Source: a virus
Virus record (IMG/VR): IMGVR_UViG_3300038379_000312
Coordinates: 1-45,143 of that record
Reading direction: 5' to 3' (one strand)
Length of the DNA: 45,143 nucleotides
How positions within the stretch are numbered: position 1 is the first letter of the stretch; each line of letters opens with the position of its first letter. Shown here one piece after another: positions 37,239-45,051 of this stretch. Under the pieces are notes generated by a model. The model was not told the origin of the DNA, searched no databases, and saw only the letters and a list, made by a program, of their open reading frames with translations. Made by a program: the position numbers and the translations under genes.

Positions 37239-38396
37239 TTACCCTCCCCAGCCGAAATCGATGGCGCTGTTCATGGGGCTGTTGTTGGTGGTGGCGCCGG
37301 TGGCGAACCAGAGCCAGACCAGGCAGGCCCCGTCCTTGACTTCCGGCAGCGAGGGCAGCTGGTTGACCAGGTCGCGCTCGCTCCACATGCCGGTCACTGG
37401 ACAGGCCAGGTCGAGCAGCGGGCGCGCGATGCACAGCGTGACCACGCCGGAGCCGGTGTAGGCCGTGCCGGCCGACCAGGTGAACGACTGGATGGATGCA
37501 ACGCCCTGGTCGCCGGCCTGGAGCGGCAGGAATGGGCCGTAGCGGCCGGCCGCGTTGCCGCTGTGGGTGATGCGCGATTGGTAGGCGTCGGCGGTGGCGC
37601 CGTTGGTGGGGGATCCCTGGAAGGCGCGGGAGGCGGTGCCGGCCGAGTTGGTGTAGCTGCTGGCCGTCAGGTTGGGGCCGCCGGCGGTGGGCTGCGTCTG
37701 CACCGAGAAGAATGCCTGGCAGCCGAGGCCGTTGTCGTAGCGGGCCAGGCGCATGGTCATGGTGTGCGTGCCCGAACCGGCGTCGGTCCAGGCGATCGCG
37801 GTGCCGGCGACGTAGTTGGCGTAGCTGGTGGCGACTCTGGCGGTGGTCGCGGTCTGGCGGATCAGCCAGTAGGTGGTATTGAGGCTCAGGCCGGTCGGCA
37901 GGGTGCCCGAGGTGGTGAACCGGACGGTGGTGCCGCTGACGAAGTCGTTGGTGTAGGTCAGCAGCAGGTTGCCGCTGTTGTCGCTGGCCGTGAACGTGTT
38001 GCTGTTGATGAGCGTGCGCGAGCCGGTGCCGGTCACGTCGCCGCCGCTCAGGTAGTACCAACCCTGGAGGTCCACCAGTTTGAGCTGCCAGGGCGCGCCG
38101 GCGGCGGCGACGATATTGGCGCCGACGTTGAGGATGTGCTTGGTGGCCGGCGCGACGCTGCCGCCGTGCTGGATGCCAATGACGGTGGTGCCGTCGCCCG
38201 TGAACTCATCCGCGCCATGCCAGAGCAGGGTCGTGCCCACGGCCGTCTTCTGGTTCGGGTAACCGGCGTTGTGCATGGTGTTGTGCCAGCCGCCGGCCGT
38301 GTGAGCCGGGTTGTTGAGCTTGGCGGCGTCCCGGCGCAGGTATTTACCGTTGGCCGTGATCTGGTTGACCAGGTCGTCGATGGAGGTCCAGCCCAT
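37239..38396 (-). CDS. Hypothetical protein, 385 aa; paralogue of 38398..39252
   Basis: It shares these blocks with the neighbouring gene: HGxxxAPAxKHL, GPFLxLxxGxxGVxSIxSxT, and PLLxxxxxxxGxxxExxLxxxxxxLPxxxDGAxL. Confidence 0.65.
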   Translation of the reverse strand: MGWTSIDDLVNQITANGKYLRRDAAKLNNPAHTAGGWHNTMHNAGYPNQKTAVGTTLLWHGADEFTGDGTTVIGIQHGGSVAPATKHILNVGANIVAAAGAPWQLKLVDLQGWYYLSGGDVTGTGSRTLINSNTFTASDNSGNLLLTYTNDFVSGTTVRFTTSGTLPTGLSLNTTYWLIRQTATTARVATSYANYVAGTAIAWTDAGSGTHTMTMRLARYDNGLGCQAFFSVQTQPTAGGPNLTASSYTNSAGTASRAFQGSPTNGATADAYQSRITHSGNAAGRYGPFLPLQAGDQGVASIQSFTWSAGTAYTGSGVVTLCIARPLLDLACPVTGMWSERDLVNQLPSLPEVKDGACLVWLWFATGATTNNSPMNSAIDFGWGG

Positions 38397-38397
38397 G

Positions 38398-39252
38398 TTA
38401 TTTGCTCCAGGCGGTGGCCAATTTGCCGGCGAGCAAGCCCGCCGCCACGGTCGCCGCGCAGTTCATGATTAGATTCAGATAAGCGCCGTCGTAAATCCGG
38501 GGCAGAATCATTCGCTCGCGGATCAGCTCGACCTCTTTCGGGGTGTTGATCTCGCGGATCGCGGAGTTGAGAAGCGGCTTGACCAGCACCAGGGCGAGCA
38601 GGCCGCCGTTGAGGACACTGAAGGTCACGCTGGTGATCGACCGCACGCCCAGGCTGCCCGAGGCAAGGCCCAGGAAGGGGCCGTTCATTTGGGGGGTCGC
38701 CTGGACGCTGGTGACCAGGGTGCCGATGTTGGCCGCCGCCGCGCCGCAGCCCTGGGCTGGCGACGTTTTCGGGTTGCCGGCGTGGTCCAGGTAGTTGAAC
38801 GTGAAGACGCCGCCCCCCGTGCTGGGGGTCACGGCCACGGCCATGACCATGACGCCATCGCCGTCGGCGTAGCGAGGCAGGGCGACGTCGTTGACCAGCG
38901 GCTGCTCGTCGGTGGTGTCGGCGTCCACGAACGGGTAATAGAGCAGGTAGTCCAGCAGGATGTATTGCCCCACCAGGCCGGCCGTCGGCGTCATCAGGTT
39001 CAGGTCGGTCAGGTGCTTGGAGGCCGGCGCCTTGGCGTCGCCGTGCCAGAGGCCGCGGAAGCCGTCGAGCGTCGCGGCCTCCAGCGGCGCGCTGGCGTAG
39101 TAGTTGGGCACTGGATTGCCCGAGGCCATGCTCAGGTCGTACCAGTTGCCCGCGACCGTGGTCTGGCTCGGCACCTTGCGGAAGTGGCTGACCAGGGTGC
39201 GGCCATTCGCGTCGGCTTCGGCGTACTCACGGATTCGGGGAAAGCCCGGCAT
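38398..39252 (-). CDS. Hypothetical protein, 284 aa; paralogue of 37239..38396
   Basis: See the paralogue entry. ATG at 39250-39252. Confidence 0.65.
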   Translation of the reverse strand: MPGFPRIREYAEADANGRTLVSHFRKVPSQTTVAGNWYDLSMASGNPVPNYYASAPLEAATLDGFRGLWHGDAKAPASKHLTDLNLMTPTAGLVGQYILLDYLLYYPFVDADTTDEQPLVNDVALPRYADGDGVMVMAVAVTPSTGGGVFTFNYLDHAGNPKTSPAQGCGAAAANIGTLVTSVQATPQMNGPFLGLASGSLGVRSITSVTFSVLNGGLLALVLVKPLLNSAIREINTPKEVELIRERMILPRIYDGAYLNLIMNCAATVAAGLLAGKLATAWSK

Positions 39253-39469
39253 GCTTGGCCTCCAGCCGTTCTCGAAGGCGGCGCCGCATTTCGCCCTGCT
39301 GCTCGCGCCAGGCCGAGCGGATTTCCCGGACCTGGCCGAGCACGTCCTGGTGGACCTGCTCCAGGTGGAGGGCGGCCCGACAGCACTCGATCAGGCGGGG
39401 CAGGTCGCGGCCGCGCAGGAAGTCGGCCTCGATCTGGTCGAGGTCATCGCTCGTCAACGGCAGCGGCAT
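39227..39469 (-). CDS. Hypothetical helical protein, 80 aa
   Basis: Internal ATG at 39467-39469. Begins MPLPLTSDDLDQIEADFLRGRDLPRLIECCRAALHLEQ... Confidence 0.45.
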   Translation of the reverse strand: MPLPLTSDDLDQIEADFLRGRDLPRLIECCRAALHLEQVHQDVLGQVREIRSAWREQQGEMRRRLRERLEAKHAGLSPNP

Positions 39470-39626
39470 GGCGCTCCCCCTCTCCCTCGATCTTGCCGAG
39501 GTGCCTGACCATCCCTCGCACAGGCTCCAGGCGGGCCTGGCAATCGTAGAGGATGGTCGCGGCGCAGCCACAGGCCAGATCCATGAGCGAATCAGCTTCC
39601 ATGAGGCATTGGGAGCAGCGATACAC
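39444..39626 (-). CDS. Small Cys-rich (CxxC...CxC) protein, 60 aa
   Basis: GTG at 39624-39626 with AGGAGG 7 nt upstream. Translation: VYRCSQCLMEADSLMDLACGCAATILYDCQARL... Confidence 0.45.
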   Translation of the reverse strand: MYRCSQCLMEADSLMDLACGCAATILYDCQARLEPVRGMVRHLGKIEGEGERHAAAVDER

Positions 39627-39628
39627 GA

Positions 39629-40060
39629 TCAATCCTCCTGGATGTCGAGGGCGCCGGCGGCAAACTGCGGCTGGATGCCGGAACTGACCGCCAGCGACGC
39701 GTTGAGCGCGCCGGAGTAGAGCAGCTTGCCGGCGCCGCTGCTGGCGGTGCCGACGGCCACGTGAGTGATTGTGTTGCTGCCGCCGGTACACTGCGGGAAC
39801 TGGACCAGGGCGGCGTTCTCGACGTTGTTGGCGCTGACCGTCCAGCCAGAGCCGCTGCGCGCCACCGCGACGCGCGCGTAGCTGGTGTAGGCCGCCTCGC
39901 TGGTGGTCTGGTCGCCCGCCTCGCCGGGATCCCCGGTGTGCAGGCTGAGGTAGAGGTTGGCCAGCGGCGCGCTGGCCGCGTTGTCCGCGATGTTGGCGAT
40001 GGCAGTCGCCGTGAAGATCAGTTTCAGCAGGTCGTTCTCGAACGTGTTGCCCTTGCTCAC
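39629..40060 (-). CDS. Hypothetical 143-aa beta-protein, analogue of 2999..3430
   Basis: The GTG at 40058-40060 overlaps the portal stop (GTGA), with GGAGG upstream. Translation: VSKGNTFENDLLKLIFTATAIANIADNAASAPLANLYLSLHTGDPGEAGDQTTSEAAYTSYARVAV... Confidence 0.6.
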   Translation of the reverse strand: MSKGNTFENDLLKLIFTATAIANIADNAASAPLANLYLSLHTGDPGEAGDQTTSEAAYTSYARVAVARSGSGWTVSANNVENAALVQFPQCTGGSNTITHVAVGTASSGAGKLLYSGALNASLAVSSGIQPQFAAGALDIQED

Positions 40061-42735
40061 GGGTTGTCCTCCACCTTGGCCGATTCGATCTTGCCCTCGC
40101 GGTCGCGCAGGAAGACGATTTCCTTGCGCTCGGTGGGCATGCCGACGATCTCCACGCGGAGCGGGTCGGGGTTGTCTGGCGGCTCCGGGGCGCTGACGTT
40201 GACCACGGGGGCGGGCACGTGGACCTCGACCGTCGGCGCTGGCGCTTCCGGGGCGCTGACGTTGACCACGGGGGCGGGGACGTGGACCTCGACCGCCGGC
40301 GCTGGCGCTTCCGGCACGCTGATTGGAGCGCTGACGTTGACCACGGGCGGCGCGGCGGCCGTTTGGTTCAGCGTGACCGGAATGCTGAGCTGGATCGACG
40401 CCAGCGCCGGCCCGGCTGGGATCGAGGCCGGCTCCGGCCGGCGGATCAGCAGATCGACCACGTCGCCGACGCGGGTTGTCCAGGCGCCGATCCTGGTCTC
40501 GACGGCGTCCGGTAGCTGAGCCGCGCTGACCTGGCCGGCGACGTCGAGCATCTCCGCCATGGTTTGGTCGATCCAGGCCGCCGCCACGTCCGCCGCGCCG
40601 GCCGTCACAGCGGGCCTGGCCCACGGTCGATCAAGCAAGGCCAAGGCCTCGGCCAGCAGTCTGCGGTGCTTTGGAACGAAATCCTCCAGGGCAGGCAGGA
40701 ATCGCTCGGGATGCCGGCTCAGCCGGCGCAGTGCCTGGGCCTCGACGCCAGCCAGGCGGGTAAGCGTCGAGGTGGCGATTTCGCGGACCGCCAAGGCCAC
40801 GGTCTCGCTGGGGGCAGGATGGGCCTGGCTTTCCTCGGTTTCCCCGCCTTCCTCGTCGGCATCGTCGGTGTCGGTTTCCGGCTCGGGTGGATCGGTATCC
40901 GGTGGATCGGCGCTGACGGCGATCCCGAAGGCGGTGTAGGTGGAGCCGTCCAGGTCCTGGTCGAACCAGATATTGAGCCAGTCGTCGACGGTCAGGAGCC
41001 GGCGGCCGGCGGAAGGGTCCTGGACGATCACCAGGCCGAGGCCGACGCCGATGACGGCGACATAGTGACCGGAGCGGGCGGCGGCCTGCTGCTGGGGGGT
41101 GCCGTACATCTGCACGGGGCAGATCACCGGCCGGCCGGCCAGGAAATGGGCCTTGAGGTCCTCGACGCCCAGGCCGCCGCCGGCGACCACGGACAGGCCC
41201 TGGCGGACCAGGAATTCGATGACCGCCGGAACGGTGGTGCCGGCTTCTGGCGTGGTTCCCAGGGCCTCCAGGTAGGCCGAGTGCTCGGCGGGGCCGACGC
41301 CCCAGAACTCGCAGACCGAATGGACGACGGCCGGGCCGCAGTCGTAGTCCAATTCCTGGCGGTAATCGGGGAGGGCGAGAATGTCCGCGCCGGGGTCGCC
41401 GGCGGCGGCGCTGGAATCGTCGGCGCCAGCTGGGGCCGGGTCATCGGGCGGCGGCGGATCTTCCAACGGCGCTTTTGACATGGAAAGCGCCGTCTCCATG
41501 GCCTCGGCCGTGGTCAGGTTGAGCGGCACGTAATGCTTGTCGCCGGCGGGGCCGATGCCGTTCAGGTTTTCGAGCCGTCGCACCTCGTTGAGGGTCATGA
41601 TCCCGTTGTTCAGCGCGACCTGGTAGGACTGCATGCGGGCCTGGGTGTTGCCGCGAAGGAGGCCGGCCAGGACGTGCTCGACGAAGATCTGGCCGCGCTC
41701 TTCGGGCAGGAGCAGCTTGAGGTTGATCTGCTCTTCCCAGCGCCGGACCCAGGGGAGGATGCCATCGATGACGAACTCAATTGCTTGTTCTTCGATGTTG
41801 CTGAATGTAGCTCTCTCCAGATCCATGATCTTGTGCGGCGGCACGCGATACCAGCGGGAGATTTCCGTGACGTTGTGCTTCCGCGTCTGGAGAAACTGGG
41901 AGTCCTCAGGGCTAACCGTCACCTGCTGGAATTTCGCGTCGAGGGGCAGGATGGCGATTTCGTTGGAATCTGGGCTGCCGTGGATCTCCTTCCATTCGCC
42001 CCGGAACAGCTTGCGGGCCTCGGCCGATTTCATGCCGGCGCCGTAGACGATGCCGCGGGGCATCGCCCCCGAGCTGAACAGAGAGCCGCCATGCTTCTCG
42101 GTGGCCAGGCCGAAGCCGATCGATTCGCGGGCATACGCGATCACGCCCTTGCCCCAGACGCCATCCTCGGCCATGACGCCGGGGATGTGGAGCATCTCAT
42201 GGGCGCGGAGGGCCACGCTGCTCTGATCGTTGTTGCGGACCAGGTAGGCGAACCCCTGGTCCGCGAGCGCGCGGCCGTTCCGGTCGGTGTCGATGGGCCG
42301 GACCCGCGAGGGATGGATCGGGTGCAGACCGATCACCCGCGAGCGCTTCGCGGGGTCGAAGGCGTCCCATTCGATCTCGGCGAACCCGTTGCCCCAGTTG
42401 ACCTGATGCATGGTCCGCCCCTCGCGGAAGGACATGCTGCCCACGGGCTTGGCCGCGGTGGGGTTCACGCAGGTTTTGAGCAGGTCGTAGAGATAGTGGT
42501 CGGGAGCGTGCTCGGTGTTCTGGCCGTCGCTGCGGCGGTAGGTCACCAGGGGGAGCATGGCGACGGTTTCGCAGATGGCGCGGGTGGCGCACCAGACGGC
42601 CGAGTAGGTGAGGGCCAGCTCCTCGTCGACGACCGCGCCGGCCGAGGTCCGCACGCGGCCGCGAGACCAGCCGGTGGACCAGCCATCGTCGTCGGAAGCG
42701 CGCTTGCGGGGCGGGCCGAAGAGGAGGTTGAGCAT
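40057..42735 (-). CDS. Portal protein (HK97-type) fused to a C39-like cysteine peptidase domain and a repeat-containing C-terminal extension, ~892 aa
   Basis: The N-terminal ~430 aa are portal-like (...HIPGVMAEDGVWGKGVI...ISRWYRVPPHKI...). At aa ~472-628 of the track ORF, LPDYRQELDYDCGPAVVHS...SGHYVAVIGV...VIVQDPS gives the C39 Q/C/H/D pattern. 21-aa repeats follow. The track start at 42795 is a TTG and the first ATG is at 42735. Confidence 0.75.
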   Translation of the reverse strand: MLNLLFGPPRKRASDDDGWSTGWSRGRVRTSAGAVVDEELALTYSAVWCATRAICETVAMLPLVTYRRSDGQNTEHAPDHYLYDLLKTCVNPTAAKPVGSMSFREGRTMHQVNWGNGFAEIEWDAFDPAKRSRVIGLHPIHPSRVRPIDTDRNGRALADQGFAYLVRNNDQSSVALRAHEMLHIPGVMAEDGVWGKGVIAYARESIGFGLATEKHGGSLFSSGAMPRGIVYGAGMKSAEARKLFRGEWKEIHGSPDSNEIAILPLDAKFQQVTVSPEDSQFLQTRKHNVTEISRWYRVPPHKIMDLERATFSNIEEQAIEFVIDGILPWVRRWEEQINLKLLLPEERGQIFVEHVLAGLLRGNTQARMQSYQVALNNGIMTLNEVRRLENLNGIGPAGDKHYVPLNLTTAEAMETALSMSKAPLEDPPPPDDPAPAGADDSSAAAGDPGADILALPDYRQELDYDCGPAVVHSVCEFWGVGPAEHSAYLEALGTTPEAGTTVPAVIEFLVRQGLSVVAGGGLGVEDLKAHFLAGRPVICPVQMYGTPQQQAAARSGHYVAVIGVGLGLVIVQDPSAGRRLLTVDDWLNIWFDQDLDGSTYTAFGIAVSADPPDTDPPEPETDTDDADEEGGETEESQAHPAPSETVALAVREIATSTLTRLAGVEAQALRRLSRHPERFLPALEDFVPKHRRLLAEALALLDRPWARPAVTAGAADVAAAWIDQTMAEMLDVAGQVSAAQLPDAVETRIGAWTTRVGDVVDLLIRRPEPASIPAGPALASIQLSIPVTLNQTAAAPPVVNVSAPISVPEAPAPAVEVHVPAPVVNVSAPEAPAPTVEVHVPAPVVNVSAPEPPDNPDPLRVEIVGMPTERKEIVFLRDREGKIESAKVEDNP
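40187..40350. repeat. 63-nt in-frame tandem repeat (~2.6 copies) near the portal 3' end
   Basis: ggggcgctgacgttgaccacgggggcggg... starts at 40187 and at 40250, with a variant copy from about 40313. It encodes PVVNVSAPEAPAP(A/T)VEVHVPA. Confidence 0.85.
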
Positions 42736-42764
42736 GGGTTTCCCGTCTGTGCCAGCGCTTGCAC

Positions 42765-42968
42765 TCAGCCGCGGAGCCGGGTCGAGGCCAGGCAAAGGAA
42801 CACGATGGCGCCAGGGATAATCAGGCCGAGGGGCGGCCAGGCCATCCAGCAGCCGGCGGCGATCGCCGCCAGGGAGCCGGTGGCGGCCAGGCTTTCCCCG
42901 TTGGCCACCGTCCAGAGGCGGAGCTTGCGAACCGAAGTCCGAACCGAAGTCAAGAATCGCTGCTTCAT
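42765..42968 (-). CDS. Small membrane protein between terL and portal, 67 aa
   Basis: The ATG at 42966-42968 overlaps the terL stop (ATGA). Hydrophobic segments SLAATGSLAAIAAGCWMAW and LGLIIPGAIVFLCLA. Confidence 0.5.
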   Translation of the reverse strand: MKQRFLTSVRTSVRKLRLWTVANGESLAATGSLAAIAAGCWMAWPPLGLIIPGAIVFLCLASTRLRG

Positions 42969-44581
42969 TCCGTCAGGCATCCTGGCTTGTACCAGTCGTC
43001 GCCGCCGCCCGCCTGCATCGCCAGGGCCAGGGCCATGATTGAGCTGGTGATGCCGTCGATCTTGTCCTGCGACTTGCTCTTGTCGGGGCAGATGAGGCCT
43101 CGGCCGTCGCGATGGACAATAACGTTGCGGAGCATCCAGCGCAAAACGCCGTTACCGTCGTGGTGGATCTGCCGGGCCGTGACCAGCCGTTCAAATTCCT
43201 GCATGGGCTCGTTGGTGTAGCGGGCGTGCTGGCTGAACTGCACCACCTCCAGCCCGCTGGCGCTCAGGTGCTGGGCGATCTGGCCGGCGTTGGCCGGGTC
43301 GAAGGCCACCTTGCGGACGTCGAAGCGGGCGACGTCCTCCTGGATTTCGCGCTCGACCTGGTCGTAATCGACCCAGCTTCCCGGCGTCGCGGTGACCAGG
43401 CCGGCCGCGATCCAGGGCTGGAGCAGCGCCTTGTTGGCCTTTTGCCGTCGGCTGTCGCACTTCTCGGGGGCCCAGAAGCGCGGTCGGACCCAGTATTCGC
43501 CCGTCTCGGGATCGAGAAACAGGAGGACCCAGGCCGTCAGGTCGAGCCGGCTCGACAGGTCGAGCCCGCCATACGCGGGGAGCTGCAGCAGCCGGTCCAG
43601 CTCGATGGCGCCCTGGCAGGCGTCCCACTCCTCGACGGCCAGCCAGGCCGACCTGGTCTCGCACCAGAGGTTGAGCCGGAGCTGCTTGAACGCATTCTGG
43701 ATCGCCGGCGTCGATTGCTTGGCCTCGCGGAAATCCGCCTCGAACGATTCCAGGCTGACGGTCACACCGAGCGAGGGGTTGGCCTTCTCCCACTGCTCCG
43801 GGTCCTCCCAGGCGTCGGCGCTATCCGCCTCATAGACCACGGCCAGGGTGTCGGGGTCCTCGATCTCGCCACGGGCCACCTGGCGGGCGTAGGTGTAGCG
43901 GTCGTAACCGATGGTCTGGGTATCGTTGCCGGCCGTCGAGATCTCAAAGAAGAGGGGCTGAGTCCTGGCGGCGCCGCCATACCGGAGGGTTTGCCACATC
44001 TCTCGATCGACGACGTGGACCTCGTCGATCACCGTGGCGCTGGCGTTCTTACCGTGGCCGGTCTTCTTGCTGTCCTTGCTGAGCACCTCGTAGTAGCTGC
44101 GGGACCTCGCGAAAACAATGCGCTTAGTGGTCTCGACAATTTGCAGATGGCCGGCCAGCTCGGGGGCCTGCGCCACCATGTTGGCCGCCTCGCGGAAGAT
44201 CAGCGAGGCTTGGCCGCGGTCGGCGGCGGCGCTGTAGACCTCGGCCCCCTTTTCGCCGTCGGCGACCAGGAGATAGAGGACGAAGGCGGCCGCCAGTGTG
44301 CTCTTGCCTTGCTTCTTGGGGACCCAGCACGACAGCACGCGGTAGCGGCGCGTGCCGTCCGGGCGCTGCCAGCCGAAGAGCGGCGCCACGATTTCACGCC
44401 ATTGCCAGTCCTGCAGCTCGAAGGGCTGGCCCGCGAACTTGCCTTTGGAGTGCCGCAGGAACTTGGTGAAGAACGTCCGCACTCGGTCGGCCTTGCCGAG
44501 GTCGAACCGGCAGCCCGCCTTGACGGCCAGCTCATCGGCCCGCGAGCGGATCCACTGGCGAGTGATCTTGTCGACGGCCAT
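42965..44581 (-). CDS. terL: Terminase large subunit, 538 aa
   Basis: The internal ATG at 44579-44581 overlaps the terS stop (ATGA). Walker A-like VPKKQGKSTLAAAF is present. The remaining pattern (...VIDEVHVV..., ...LDLSSRLDLTAWVLLF...) is typical of Terminase_1-type large subunits. Confidence 0.9.
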   Translation of the reverse strand: MAVDKITRQWIRSRADELAVKAGCRFDLGKADRVRTFFTKFLRHSKGKFAGQPFELQDWQWREIVAPLFGWQRPDGTRRYRVLSCWVPKKQGKSTLAAAFVLYLLVADGEKGAEVYSAAADRGQASLIFREAANMVAQAPELAGHLQIVETTKRIVFARSRSYYEVLSKDSKKTGHGKNASATVIDEVHVVDREMWQTLRYGGAARTQPLFFEISTAGNDTQTIGYDRYTYARQVARGEIEDPDTLAVVYEADSADAWEDPEQWEKANPSLGVTVSLESFEADFREAKQSTPAIQNAFKQLRLNLWCETRSAWLAVEEWDACQGAIELDRLLQLPAYGGLDLSSRLDLTAWVLLFLDPETGEYWVRPRFWAPEKCDSRRQKANKALLQPWIAAGLVTATPGSWVDYDQVEREIQEDVARFDVRKVAFDPANAGQIAQHLSASGLEVVQFSQHARYTNEPMQEFERLVTARQIHHDGNGVLRWMLRNVIVHRDGRGLICPDKSKSQDKIDGITSSIMALALAMQAGGGDDWYKPGCLTE

Positions 44582-45051
44582 CAGTTCAGGCTCAGGAAGG
44601 AATCGAGGTCGCTGCGGCCGGGCAGCAGGTCCTGGCCGCTGGATTTGGCGACCCGGGATCTGCTCGAAGGCGTCAGGCCGAACTCGGCGAGGAACTCGCG
44701 GAGCTGCTTGCGCAGGGAGTTGGCGGTGAGCAACCAGGGCGACATGATCGGCGTCTTGCCGGCCATCACGACCAGGCCGCCGGCGGCGCCGAATTCGTCG
44801 ACCTTGGCCTGCGCCACCAAGTAGGAACCCCAGAGATCGCAGAGCATGGCCAGGGCCGCGCCGTCGAGCGCGGTCAGGACGCCCAGCTCGACGAGCTGCG
44901 GGCCGATCTGGTCCCAGTAATTGCGGGCCTCGGGGCCGAGAGACTTTGGGCATTCGGGCAGAGCGGCCGGCGGTCCCTTGGGAATCGGCCGGCGGCCGGG
45001 GTTGCCGAGCAGCTCCTTCATGGCTCCGGGCTTGGGTTTGCGTCCGCGCAT
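44581..45051 (-). CDS. terS: Terminase small subunit (P27-family-like), 156 aa
   Basis: MRGRKPKPGAMKELLGNPGRRPIPKGPP...PECPKSLGPEARNYWDQIGPQLVELGVLTALDGAALAMLCD... is the characteristic P27-family N-terminus. Confidence 0.85.
   Translation of the reverse strand: MRGRKPKPGAMKELLGNPGRRPIPKGPPAALPECPKSLGPEARNYWDQIGPQLVELGVLTALDGAALAMLCDLWGSYLVAQAKVDEFGAAGGLVVMAGKTPIMSPWLLTANSLRKQLREFLAEFGLTPSSRSRVAKSSGQDLLPGRSDLDSFLSLN

Noticed and set aside
40187-40350. Possible CRISPR-like arrays at the tandem repeats (40187..40350, 24986..25195, 10858..11001, 30062..30179, 18545..18590).
   Set aside because: The repeats are directly adjacent with no unique spacers. They have 2-3 copies, and most are in frame inside ORFs, encoding peptide repeats. 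No cas genes are present.
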